64,000 bases of DNA from NCBI GenBank assembly GCA_965287045.1, contig OZ336904.1, positions 15,190,001 to 15,254,000 of the forward strand, in the 5' to 3' direction. Source of the DNA: Carcharhinus amblyrhynchos. Its lineage: Eukaryota. A program made the translations under genes and the position numbers. This document shows positions 24,110 through 37,060 of this stretch, in pieces (the stretch's first letter is position 1; every line of letters starts with the position of its first letter). The notes below the pieces were generated by a model. The model saw only the letters and a program-made list of their open reading frames with translations. It was not told where the DNA came from and made no database searches.

Positions 24110-26370
24110 AGAAAATTACAGCACAGGAACAGATGCTTCAGCTTGCACCGACCATGCTGCCCGACTGAACTAAAACCTCCTACCCTTCTGGGGACCATAC
24201 CCCTCTATTCCCAACCTTTTTATGTATTTGTCAAGATGCCCCTTAAAAGTCACTATCGTATCTGCTTCCGCTACCTCCCCTGACAGCGAGTTTCAGGCAT
24301 CCACCACCTTCTGTGTAAGAAATTTGCCTTGTACATCTCCTTTAAACCTTATCCCTTGCACCTTTAAGCTATGCCCCCTGGTAATTGACTCTTCCACATG
24401 GGGAAAAAGCTGCTGACTATCCATTCTGTTCATGTCCCTCGTAATGTTGCCACCGCCACCACATCCAATACTCCAGTGAGAACAAACCAAGTTTCTCCAA
24501 CCTCTTCTCATAGTTAATGCCCTCCATACCAAACAACATCCTGGTAAATCTCTTCTGTAGCTTTTCCAAAGGATCCCCATCCTTCTGGTAGTGTGGTGAC
24601 CAGAATTGTACATTACATTCCAAGTGCGGCCTAACTAAGGTTTTATAAAGCTGCAATATGACTTGCCGATTTTTAAACTTGATGCCCCGACCAAAGAAAG
24701 CAAGCATGCCGTATGCCTTCTTGACTACCTTCTTCACCTGCATTGCCACTTTCAGTGATTTGTGTACCTGTACACCCAGATCCCTTTGTCTACCAATATT
24801 CTTAAGGGTTCTGCTATTTACTGTATATTTCCTCCCTGTATCAGGCCTTTCAAAATGCATTGCGTCAACATTTGCCTGGATTAAACTCTATCTGCCATCT
24901 CTCCACCTGAATCTCCAACCAATCTATATCCTGCTGTATCCTCTGATGGTCCTCATCGCTATCCACAAATCCACCAACCTATGTTGTCCACAAACTTACT
25001 AATCTAACCAGTTACGTTTTCCTCCTAATCATTTATATATATTACAAAAAGCAAAGGTCCCAGCACTGATCCCTGAGGAGCGTCACTTGTCATAGCCTTC
25101 CATCAGAAACGCACCCTTTCACTACTACTCTGTCTTTTATGACTCAGCCAGTCTTATTCCACCTTGCCAACTCACCTCTGCTCCTGTGCGACTTCACCTT
25201 CTGTACCAGTAGGGCCTTACTGAAGTCCATGTAGACAACATCCACTGCCCTACACTCATCAATCATCTTCATCACTTCCTCAAAAAACTCAATCAAGTTA
25301 ATTAGACACGACCTCCCCTTCACCAAACCATGCTGCCTCTCGCTAATATGTCCATTTATTTCCAGGTGGGAGTAAATCCTATCTCGAAGAATCCTCTCCA
25401 ATAATTTCCCTACCACTGATGTAAGGCTTACCAGCCTGTAATTACCTGGATTATTCTAGCTACCCTTCTTAAACAAAGAAACGACATTGGCTATTCTCCA
25501 ATTCTTTGGGATCTCCCCTGTAGCCAGTAAGGATACAAAGATTTCTCTCAAGGCCCCAGCAATTTCCTCCTTTGCCTCCCTCAGTACTCTGGGGTATACC
25601 CCAACAGGCTCTGGGGACTTGTCTACTTTAATGTTTCTCAAGAAGCCCAATAATTCCCCCTTTTTGATCTCAAAATGAGTCATACTATCTGCACACCCTT
25701 TCCCAGACTCATCATCCATCAATTCCTTCTCTTTGGTGAATACTGACACAAAGTGCTCATTTAATACCTCGCCCATTTCTTCCGCCTCCACAATAATTCT
25801 CTCCCCTGCCCTCAAGTCTAGGCCTTGCTACCCTCTTACTCTTTATATATGTACAAAAAACCTTGGTATTTTCCTTAATCCTACTGGCCAATGACTTTTC
25901 ATGAACCCTTTTAGTCCTCCTTAAGTTTCTTTATACTTTCCTTATACTTGCTTTGTGTGTTCCCTGCCTCCTACCTTTGGCAAATGCTTCCTTTTTTCTC
26001 TTTGACTAAGCTCACAATATCTCTCGTTATCCAAGATTCCCAAAACTTTCCAATACTTATTCTTCATCCTTACAGTAATGTGCCAGTCCTGAATTCCTAT
26101 CAACTTACGCTTGAAAGCCTCCCACATGCCAGATGTTGATTTGCCCTCAAACATCTTCCCCCAATCTACATTCTTCAGTTCCTGCCTAATATCAATGTAA
26201 TTAGCCTTCCCCCAGTTTAGCACCTTAACTTGGGGAACCTTATAGCTTACTGAATTGTGGTCACTGTTCCTGAACTGCTTCCCTCCTGAAATGTCAATCA
26301 CCTGGCTGGGCTCATTCCCCAATACTAGGTCTAGTACGGCCCACTCCCTAGTTGGACTATCTACATACTG
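24110..26370 (-). mobile_element. CR1 LINE ORF2 (RT region), ~2.3 kb, frameshifted
   Basis: SDHNSV, DKSPEPVGVYPRVLRE, GRSCLINLIEFFEEV, DVVYMDFSKA, RPHLECNVQFWSP motifs. Confidence 0.93.
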
Positions 26371-26373
26371 TTA

Positions 26374-26945
26374 GAACATAAGAACATAAGAAATAGGAGC
26401 AGGAGTAGGCCATCTGGCCCTTCGAGCCTGCCCCGCCATTCAATAAGATCATGGCTGATCTGTCGTGGCTCAGTTCCACATTCCCGCCCTCTCCCCATAA
26501 CCCTTAATCCCCTCGCTTATCAAAAACCCATCAACCCGCGTCTTAAAAATATTTGCCGAGGCAGCCTCCACCACCTCAACGGGCAGAGAATTCCAGAGAT
26601 TCACCACCCTTTGAGTGAAGAAGTTCCTCCTCAACTCCGTTCTAAACTGCCCCCCCCCTTTATCTTGAGGCTGTGCCCCCTAGTCATACTGTCCTTTTTG
26701 AGCGGGAAGAGCCTCTCCACCTCTATCCTGTCCATACCATTCATCATCTTATACGTCTCAATGAGATCTCCCCTCATTCTTTTAAACTCTAACGAGTACA
26801 AGCCTAGTTTATTCAGCCTCTCCTCATAGCTCAACCCCCTCAACTCCGGCATCAGCCTAGTAAACCTCCTCTGCACTCCCTCCAAGGCCAAAATATCCTT
26901 GCGTAAGTACGGCGCCCAAAACTGCACACAGTACTCCAGCTGGGT
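26374..26945 (-). mobile_element. Young CR1 3' fragment
   Basis: Protein nearly identical to 57927-58595; (TTCTTATG)n tail. Confidence 0.92.
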
Positions 26946-26959
26946 CTTTAATTCATTTT

Positions 26960-27245
26960 TAGTTTATTTATTAGTCTCACAAGTAGACTTGCATTAACAC
27001 CAAATTAAAGTTACTGTGAAAATCCCCTCGTTGCCACACTCTGGTACCTGTTTGAGTACACTGAGGGAAAATTTAGCATGGCACCTAACCAGCACGTCTT
27101 TTGCACTGTGGGAAGAAACTGAAGCACCCAGAGGAAACCCACACAGACATGGGGTGAATGTGCACCTTCCACACAGTGACACAAGCTGGGAATCGAATCC
27201 GAGTCCCTGGTGCTGTGAGGCAGCAGTGCCAACCACTGTGTCACC
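26960..27245 (-). mobile_element. V-SINE type B
   Basis: Homology. Confidence 0.85.
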
Positions 27246-28547
27246 CTAAGAAATAACTGCAGGGTTATGGAACAGAGCAGAGGAGTGGGATTAATTGGTA
27301 GCTCTTATAGAGATCTGGTGCAGACATGATGGGCTGAATGGCCTCCTTCTATATGATTTTATGATGCACACACTATGCAAATGACTGCACTTCATATGTA
27401 TATCTAGTCACTTCTGCCATCTTTCAGTAACCAATGCACTCCTGATGATCAAAAATACACCTGTACACTGCTTGTGTTGCGCATTACATGCATAATGTAC
27501 AAAGAAGGTTAAAATCCACGCACACAAAGTGAGTTCGCATGCCCAATGATCTGCCATGGTTACTAAACTAAAATGTAATTGCAGAGAAACTTTGGAGCAG
27601 GATTAGGCCATTTGGCCCTCGAGCCTGCTCTACCATTCAGTACAATCATGGCTGATTGTCCAGTGCAATCCATTTTTCCAAAGCTATCCCCGGATCCCCC
27701 TTGCATCATTGGTTATCCACTATTTATGCCAAAAAAAGTCAGGACTGTTCAGGAGAAGCAAATTTTCAATAGGTCAACAACTGCTCTGGCCCTGACCACT
27801 GAATTTTACAGCTTGTGGAGTCCTGTCCCATCAGAATTTAATTAGCACTGGAAATTTTATTTTGCCATCAGTTGTGCATCAATTCCATTAACATTTCTAA
27901 CTCCTTTGCGAAATCCTTTGCAAAAAGTTACAATGTTAGAACTCTGAATTTACGATGATGTACTTTAAAATTGATTCCTGCATACTCAATAATTGATCGA
28001 AATTCAGAACCTAACAATTATACTCCAGAAATATAATTATTTGGTAGCTATTTCATCACAATGGGATGCATCACAATTGATGATTAACATTATTAACATA
28101 AGATAATCAATCCTTCTTTCACTTTCTGTACAGGATTAAAATCTATTTAGGTTTCCTGGTTTACATAGAAAAATAGAAAATAGGAGGCGACCATTCGGCC
28201 CTTCAAGCCTGTTCTGCTATTCAGCATGATCATGGCTGATCATCCAACTCAATAGCCTAATCCTGCTTTCTCCCCATAACCTTTGACCCCATTTGCCCCA
28301 AGTGCTACATCCAGGCGCCTCTTGAATATATTTAGACTATTATGTCTGTGTTTAACTCTAGTAAGTAGAAGGTGGAATTCAAATTATTCAAAGTAAAAGG
28401 TGATTTTGTTCTACAAAATTTACCATATGAATTCTTGTTCCCCTGCGAATTCCCATATTAGGGCAAACCAGATCATTTGTAACTTTGGCAACTTATGATG
28501 AGCTTCCAATCACTTTCTCCGTCAATGAAACTGTCGACTTGGGCGAC

Positions 28548-28825
28548 GGGATGCCATGGTGGTACAGTGGTTAGCATTGCTGCCTCACAGGGATCCGGAT
28601 TCGATTTCCAGCTTGGGTCACTGTCTGTGTGGAGTCTGCACGTTCCCCCTCTGTTTCTATGCATTTCCTCCCACAGCCCCAAAGATGTGCGGGTTAGGTT
28701 GATTGGCCACGCTAACTCGTCCCTTCGTATCGGGGAGACTAGCTAGAGTAAATGGGGATAGAGCCTGGGTGGGACTGTGGTTGGTGCAGACTCGATGGGC
28801 CATATAGCCTCCTTCTGCACTGATT
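28548..28825 (+). mobile_element. V-SINE type A
   Basis: Homology. Confidence 0.82.
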
Positions 28826-29860
28826 CCCCCCTCTAACACTGCTCATCTCTTCCCCTGCCTTAGTTCCATCTTACTATAGCTCTTCATGGCCCTATGGAAT
28901 GGATTTTCAAAAAGTGTTCTCAAAATTCCCTTTACTCCTTTCAGGCCCTCCTTAAAACTCATCTCTTTGATCAAACTTATAGTCACCTCATCTGATACCT
29001 TTTTTAAAATGATACTTCTGAGAAGCAACCTGGAGCATCTAAGGTGCGATAATAAGGACAGAGGAGGGAGGAGGAAGCATCCCATGATTTTGATTCCGTG
29101 ATAATGAATGATTGGTGATAGTTGGAAAGGAACTGGAAGCTGATGTCCTGCACACAAAGAGAGGATCCAGCTGAGCTACAAAGGCTCCCATATTTGAATA
29201 GCGTACCAATAATTACCATGCAGGTCTGCACATGAATAATGTCTGAGGGTGTGGGCATACCTCCGAGGTGGGCACACACACTGAGGCAGCAAAGGGAGAA
29301 GCAGAAAATGAAAAATTACAAAAGCCACATGTGTAAAGGTACCGAGTCACCCAGACTCTACTTCAATCAGCTGGGTTAGGCGGCTTTAGACTGGCCTCAT
29401 TCCCCCTATTGAGAGGGATAGGACAGGAAAGGGAAGGAAAAGTCAAATCCGACAGGGCTCCCACTCCAATCATTCCTGTTTGAAAAAGATGGAGAGGATT
29501 GAGCTCAGCTGTAACAAAACACATGGTTGCACAACTTGAGAAATATGCATTTGGGGGAAGATTTGGATCAGTCTATCAATTGCCTTATTTTCTCATTTGT
29601 GCTGCCGGTTTCTCTTTCCATTTTTTCCCCTAATTGAAATTACATTTCCTTACTCAAGCACTTTTCAGTGCTCCCTCTCCATTTCATTTGAAAAAAATGT
29701 CAAAACTTATTGTGTTGTGGTTAGTATTCCCTTGATGCTCCCCAACCCTTAACATCAGTGACCTCAGGAAGAGCAGCACCTTCAGAATTGAGAATAAAGG
29801 TCAGAAAACAGAACTGATCTCTCCAAATGCCACTTCATCATTTTCTAGCAATGTACTTAC

Positions 29861-30368
29861 ATGGGTTTCGTTGTTTGAATGTACAGCACACAGTGCCTTA
29901 AGATCATGGATCCGTTTTTCAAGCTGAGCAGGTAAGCCTGTCGGCAACTCTGACACCTGTTTTTGGCTTTGGGCCGGCGAGATGAAGCTGGAAGACATTG
30001 CGGTGTTGCTGTTTTCCTCCGTTTCAGAGGCTGGGCTTCCACTTGGCGTTTCCGCCAGCAGCTTATCTATGTCCAGGTCCCCAAGTAACTCCATTGCATT
30101 GGCAGCTTCCTGAAGCAAGTCGTGCTCATTGGAGTTCCCCAGAATCGCAAAGACCTGGTCGGAGGCAGTCAAGCTGAAATCAGAACAGCCAGAGTTCTTT
30201 GCAGCCTGCTCCGGCGTCTGAGAGGCAGCTGGAGGTTTCAAGGTGATTTCCTGCTTTTTCATGGCTTCTTTCTCCTTCTGGAACTTCTTGAGCATTTCGG
30301 CCAATGACAGGGCATCACTGTGATTTTTCCGCTTCTTTTTATGTTTGTCAGCGTTGAGGGCCACCACT
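29861..30368 (-). CDS. UBN2: Ubinuclein exon 6 (VVALNADKHKKK...LEKRIHDLKALCAVHSNNETH); 3' donor uncertain
   Basis: CTCTTTTAG acceptor, phase matches exon 5; best donor CAT|GTAAGT at 29861; alternative GC donor at 29897. Confidence 0.88.
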
Positions 30369-30689
30369 CTAAAAGAGAGCAGAAAGGAGTTTACAGGATG
30401 ATATAATGGCTACGTTAGCAGATTAATAATCTGGAGAGCATGCGTTCCAATGCTACCATAGCGGTTTGAGAATTTCATCTCCAGTTCAGTAAAAGTGGAA
30501 TGAAAAAGCTAGCATCAGTAAACTGACTCACTAATATCCTTTGAGGAGGAGAATCTGCCGTCCTTACCTTGTCTACATGTGACTCCAGCCCCACAGCAAT
30601 GTGATGGACTCTTACCTGCCTTATGAAATAGTGGGACATTTAGTTGCATTGCACTACCTCATCAACTTCTCTGGGCAGCCAGGGTTTGC

Positions 30690-30895
30690 TCTGGGGATGG
30701 CGGGATCGTCTTATGAAGAGGGGCTGGGCAAACTGGGCCTGTATTCCCTACAGTTTTCAAGAATGAGGGGTCAGTTCATTGAAACCTGCAAAATACTTAA
30801 AGGAATTCTCAGGGTAGATGCAGGTCAGATGTTTGCCTTGGTTAGGGAGTCTAAAACCAGGGGACAAAATTAGAAAATAAGGGGGAAGCCACTTT
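30690..30895 (+). mobile_element. CR1 ORF2 fragment
   Basis: SYEEGLGKLGLYSLQFSRMRGQFIETCKILKG. Confidence 0.8.
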
Positions 30896-30899
30896 GAAT

Positions 30900-31215
30900 C
30901 AAATAATCCCTACAGTGTAGAAGGAAGCCATTTGGCACATCGAGTCTGCACTGACCATAGTTCCACAAGGCCCTATTCCCATAACCTCAAATATTTACCC
31001 TGCTAATCCCCTTGGTACTGGGGTCAATTTAGCACGCCCAATCAACCTAACCCACACATCTTTGGGACTGTGGGAGGAAACTGAAGCACCCAGAGGAAAC
31101 TCATGCAGACCAAGGGAGAATGTGCAAACTGCACATAAACAATGACCCGAAGGCAGAATTGAACCCGGATCCCTGGCGCTGAGAGGCAGCAGGGCTAACC
31201 ACTGTGCCACCATGC
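30900..31215 (-). mobile_element. V-SINE type A
   Basis: Homology. Confidence 0.85.
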
Positions 31216-32911
31216 CATCTGTATATACATTGTGGATTTAAAAGAAACCCCTTTACTCTAAGTGTTAGAATGTAGAACTGACTCAGTGAATAAAACAGAT
31301 GCATTAAAAGATTGCATGGGGCATAAACTCCCGTATGGATCAGTTGAGCCAAACAGCCTATTTCTGTGCTGTACATTCCAAGTAATATTGACATGGGTTA
31401 ATTCCTGCTGTGGTCACTTCCCAGTCAGACCAGCGGCAAACAACATTTGTAACCCATTTATACAAAAGGCTGGGGGAAGCTACAGAAACCTAACTCCACT
31501 GTCAGCCATCTGGGGCGTTTTGCTTGCACTACAGGAGCTGATTGTCCCTTCTCCTGCCAGCGAAGGCCTCCAGTTGACAAAATTATCAGTGGAAAGAAAA
31601 CACTATCTTTTTTTTAAAGAACTTTTTTTTAATTCCAATTCAATCCAATTAAGTACAATTCATAGTCTCAACAAGCTGAGACATTTCCGATCCAAGCTGA
31701 CAAGACAGGGCTCTAACCTCCTGTCGTGGGTTTGATCTACATGATTCAAGCTGATTGGAGTAGGCATAGCTCCTCCTCCAAGGCTAGATCTCATTTGCAT
31801 CTTAGCCAAAAGGTCTGCATGCTGAAACAGTAGAATTGGGTCAAGATCCACACATGTCCCTAATCTTAAAATACATTTGGTTGCTGATAAAATGTGTTTC
31901 CTGTTTACGTCTGTTTTGCAAATGAAATGTAAATATCCACTTGATGAGATCTGCTGGCTCTTTTACCATTTGTCCAGAAAGTTCAGGCTCTGATTGGTGT
32001 GTGACAGAGGTTAATGAGCAAACCATCTGCGTTCAAATTGGTATCTTTAATGCAATGTTATCACTTTAACTTCCCATCCTATTTTAGCCTTCCAAACCAT
32101 ACCTCTCACGTCAACCCCAGTCCTCTCATTCCTCTCATGTTGCCTCCATCCCAATCCATCCCTTTTCCCTGTGCCATCACCATGCTTTCCACACCACCTA
32201 GTCCTCCACTCCAAATCCCCCATGAGTTCCCCCGCCACTCCTTTCATTGAGCCACCTCCATGATGTTCCTGCAAACCCCCCACTTTCACTGAGCCACGTC
32301 CATGATATTCCTGCAAACCACTCCCCCCTCCGTTCCGCGCGCACCCCCCCCACCACCACCAATGCCCCACCATCCCTTCATCTCTTCAGTCAGGATAACT
32401 TTGTTGTTGGGGTCCCCTTACCTTCCAATTCACAAAACATCTGATGTGCAATTAGCACCTTTATTGCAACATCACATTTTTAAATCCCCATTGCATGCCA
32501 TTCCATCATTCCTTTGCTCGTCACTGAATCCCATCCCTTCTCCCTATGCAATCCCTGCTCTCCGATCCATACCTCCCATGCTTTCATCCCTTAAGCCTTC
32601 TCCCCACCCTCCTCTCATGCTGACCTGTCAACACTCCCCCACCCAGCTGTTCCCCTTCATCTCTTGCCTTCGCACAGTGCCTTATGCTTGGTGAGATTCT
32701 ACAATACTCTGTTGCCAGGCACCTGTGGGATAGCAGCTGGTTAATTAGATATTTTATATCTTGTTTTAATGACATTTGGGTACTGGGTGTATCCAGAAAC
32801 GATCCAGGGGCAGCATGGTAGCACAGTGCCTCACACTCTGGTTTCTCTAAATCCTATAAATATTTTAATGACATAGCTCCAAACACCCAGATTCAATTCT
32901 GGCCTTGGTTT

Positions 32912-33208
32912 AACGTTTATTTATTGGTGTCACATGTAGGCTTACATTGACACTGCAATAAAGTTACTGTGAAAATCCCTGAGTCGCCAAACTCCAGCGC
33001 CTGTTTGGGTACACTGAGAGAGAATTTAGCATGGCCAATGCACCTAACAAGCACATCTTTCAGACTGTGGTTGGAAACTGGAGCACCTGGAGGAAACTCA
33101 CGCAGACACAGGGAGAATATGCAGACTCGACACACGCAGTGACCCAAGCCAAGAATTGAACACAGGTCCCTGACGCTGTGAGGCGGCAGTGCTAACCACT
33201 GTGCTGCC
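32912..33208 (-). mobile_element. V-SINE type B
   Basis: Homology. Confidence 0.87.
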
Positions 33209-33219
33209 ACTTCTTGCTA

Positions 33220-34506
33220 ATATGATTGTCTGCGTGAAGTTTGCACATTCTCCCCATTTCTGTGTGGGTTTCCTCTGGGTGCTCTGATTTACTCCCACAA
33301 CTGCAAGATATGTTGGTTAGATGGATTAGTCATGGTAAATGTAAACTCATCTCCAAACTCGGTGGCCTGGGCTGTGGCTCCTCCTTCTGCGACTGGATCC
33401 TGAACTTCCTAACCCATAGACCACAATCAGTAAGGATAGGCAACAACATCTCCTCCACGATCATCCTCACAAGGCTGTGTTTTCAGGCTCCTACTATACT
33501 CCTTATACACCTATGACTGTATGGCTAAATTCCTCTCTAATGCAATTTTCAAGTTTGCTAATGACACTACCGTAGTGGGTTGGATCTCAAACAATGACAA
33601 GACAGAGTACAGGAAAAAGAAGAATTTGGTGAACTAGTGCGGCAGTAATTTGTCCCTCAATGTCAACAAAACGAAGGAGATTGTCATCAATTTCAGGAAG
33701 TATAGTGGAGAACATGTCCCTGTCTGTATCAACGGGGACAAAGCAGAAATGGTCAAAAGCTTCAAGCATTGAGTTGTCCAGATCACCAACAACCTGTCCT
33801 GGTCCCCCCCATGCTGACACTATAGTTAAGAAAGCCCATCAACACCTCTGCTTTCTCAGAAAACTAAGGAAATCTGACATGTCTGCTACGACTCTCACCA
33901 ACTTTTACAGATGCACCATTGAGAGCATTCTTTCTGGTTGTATCACAGCTTGGTATGACTCTTGCTCTGCCCAAGATTGCAAGAAACTACAAAAGGTCAT
34001 GAACGTGGCCCAATCCACCACACAAACCAGCCTCCCATCCATTGACTCTGTCTACAGTTCCTGCTGCCTTGGGAAAAGTAGCCAGCATAATTAAGGAGCT
34101 CATGCACCCTGGACATTCTCTCTTCCACCTTCTTCCTTTGGGAAAAAGAAACAAAAATCTGAGGTCACGTACCTATCAACTCAAGAACAGCTTCTTCCCT
34201 GTTGCCATCAGACTTTTGAATGGATCTACTTGCATTAAGTTGATCTTTCTCTACACCCCAGCTTTGACTGTAACACTACATTCTGCACTCTCATTTCCTT
34301 CTGTATGAGCGGTATGCTTTGTCTATATAGCTTGCAGGAAACAATACTTTTCACTGTACATTAATTGTAACAATAAATCAAATCAAAATATGTGGGGTTA
34401 CAGGGATAGGGTGGAGGAAAGGGCCTGGGTAAGATACACTGTCAGAGAGTAGATGCAGGCTCAATGAACCGAATGACCTCTTTCTGCACTGTATGGATTC
34501 TATGAT
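33220..34506 (+). mobile_element. V-SINE type A split by Rex1 insertion (33220-33340 and 34387-34506)
   Basis: Core before and tail after the LINE. Confidence 0.75.
33341..34386 (+). mobile_element. Rex1/Babar LINE 3' fragment inserted in a V-SINE
   Basis: [18 protein letters not shown], decayed KFANDT, KAHQHLCFLRKL..NFYRCTIESILSGCITAWY; AATAAATCAAATCAAA tail. Confidence 0.88.
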
Positions 34507-35079
34507 CCATCAAATAACCCCACCAACAGACAGACCATCTAGATTGACCAACCAATACAGTCCAGACAGACGAAAACAGCATATTCTTACAGATAATAAA
34601 TTTAAAATCTTACACCCACTCAATTTTCCATCTACATACTTCATGGCCAGTTGCACATTACTTGCATCAACATTTCCAATAAAAATTTTGACATTAACAT
34701 TTATGCCGATGCAAACTCGCCATATTGTAACTGCAAAGATAGCACTGTAGCACCTCACAGACCTTCAACCTGCACTGCGGAGAGATGCCTTTTCTTCTCT
34801 GCTCCCCAAATTGCAGCCAAGTTTGTGATTCAAATATAAGTAATATTTATCCAGGTATAAGCTAAAAATAAGGACTGTGCCTATAACTTTAAAAAGGAGA
34901 ATTATGTCTGAACACCCAGACTCAATTATTCTTGCTCTCCAGATCCTGAATCCAATACCATAGGAGTAGGTTAGTAGTAAAATTCAAACTCCCAAGTATC
35001 CCAACGTAAATGCAAAATAATCTTTGAGGATAAAAAGGGAGCTTTTTGTGCTGTTGCTTAATTGCTAAGTTATTCTTTG

Positions 35080-35345
35080 TATTGCCGAAAGAGAGACATG
35101 CTGTTGAATCTTTTTACCTTGCACTGACCAGGACAAGTACAAGAATGACAAATTTCAAAAGGAGCAACAATTTATACTGCACGAGAAAAGAGGGCTAATT
35201 TGTTAGCAAGTTAACTCCGATTGATTAAGGCATAATAGCCATGGAATTATTGCCTCCCCCCCCAATACTTTTGCTCCATTCAAAAGAGGAAGACTGTCTG
35301 AACAAGTCCCTTTTGCTCGCAAAGGACAGGTCCCTGCATTTGCGC
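35080..35345 (-). mobile_element. Penelope-like family B fragment (decayed)
   Basis: Reverse-complement homology to 17020-17178. Confidence 0.5.
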
Positions 35346-35429
35346 AACTGCTCTTTGGCTGACCTCTGGATATTGGAGAGAATAATTAGCTTCTAATTAA
35401 CCTCAGGATGAACTTGCACCTTGTAGCCT

Positions 35430-35790
35430 TGGAGAAGGCAATGGCTAGACTATTAATCCAGAAACTCAGCTAATATTCGGGGACCTGGATTCAAATCCCA
35501 CCATGGCAGATGGTGGAGTTTGAATTCAATAAAAAATAACTGGAATTAAGAATCTACTGATGACCATGAAACCATTGTCGATTTCCAAAAAAAAACTCAT
35601 CTGGGTCACTAATGTCCTTTAGGGAAGGAAATCTGCCATCCTTCCCTGGTTTGGCTTACGTGTGACTCTAGAGCCACAGCAATGTAGCTGACTTTCAACT
35701 GCCCTCTGAAAGGGTCTGGCAGGCTACTCAATTCAAGGGCAACTAATGCTAGCCAGCCGGTGATGCCCACGTCACACGAACAAATTAAAA
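35430..35790 (+). mobile_element. tRNA-derived SINE family C
   Basis: B-box GGATTCAAATCCC, CCTTTAGGGAAGGAAATCTGCC core, TCAAGGGCAA tail; other copies at 30400-30680, 50755-51545, 57280-57530, 60170-60470. Confidence 0.7.
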
Positions 35791-36095
35791 CAAAATTAAA
35801 AATAAAGGGACAATCCTCATGATGCACAGCAGAATAATACGCCATGTGCTAAATGGCATAATAGTTCTATATATATAGGGTATCCTTAAAAGGGGTAGCA
35901 GGAAGCTTTTCAATGCCTCGTGCTGGTACATTGCGTAGTTTTAGCTGATAAATGCAATAGCAACCCAACACACTTTGGGATGCCTCAGGTTTAACTTTGG
36001 CCAACTTGTGCTAAGTTTGGGTTTGGACATAACCCAAAGAGTATATTTTTTTAAAAAATGCTGAAAATACTTAGCAGCTGCTGAGATAGAATAGA

Positions 36096-37060
36096 AGGCC
36101 TGATTTTACCATCAAGGTGTGCCTGTTTTCGGGCACGAAAACTTGGTAAAGTCAGACATGAGGTGAATAGCACAATCCGCGCCTGCTCCCCCTTCATCAA
36201 TGGCTGAAAATGGCAGTCTTCTGGGCCACGCCTGAAACAGGCGCAACGTCAATTTAAATGCATTTGATCGCATTTAAAATGACTTAATAGGCTGCTTGTC
36301 CAAACTTACCGGCACCTCCCCGTTTGCTACCACGTTCGCCCGTCCAGATTTGGCATGAAACAAACATGGTCCACAAAGGTCCGATTCAGGCTCTCTAACT
36401 TCTGATGATATATGTTCAGAGCTTCACGTGGCTCTCTAACTCAGATAAGTGGTGGGGAAGAGGGAGGTGGGTCAGATGGCTTTCTGGTGGGTGAGGAGGG
36501 CAGGGGGAAGCAGGTCAGATGGCTCCCTTAGAGGGAGGGAGGCGGGTCAGATGGCTCTCTGGAGAGGAGGGGGACAGAGGCAATGGGGGTTTGCTACCAC
36601 TCTGCATGTGATCAGTGGTGGGGGGGGGCCAATGCCACTCTGCGTGCGATCGGTGGGGGGAAGGGGGAGTCCGTTGCCACTCTGCAGGTGATTGGTAGAG
36701 GGGAAGGGGGCAGGGAGTCGTGATCGGTCTGGGTGGTGGGGGTTAGGGGGATAAAGGGAGTCAGGTATGTTGTGGGGACGAGGGGAAGGCTTTATCCAGC
36801 CGAGAAACGATATGGCAGGGGAACATGTTTCTTTTGTTTTAAACTGCTCACGCGCAGTTGAAGGCACCGGTCGGAGCTGCAGCATTTCGGGCACGATAAG
36901 CCCCATCTGCAGGCTTCTGCAGCTCGATTCAGAATCGCTGCTACTTTTTCAGGCAGAGTGCATATGGGGATGCCTGGGAACAGGTCTAGAAGTTGGATGT
37001 GAAACACTCCCAGTTTCAAGTCCGCCCAGCACTGAGAATGAAAGTGGTAAAATAGGGCCC
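36096..37060. mobile_element. Non-autonomous DNA transposon (PIF/Harbinger-like)
   Basis: Imperfect TIRs GGCCTGATTTTACCA / TGGTAAAATAGGGCC; 3-bp AGA duplication; G-rich internal repeats. Confidence 0.65.
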
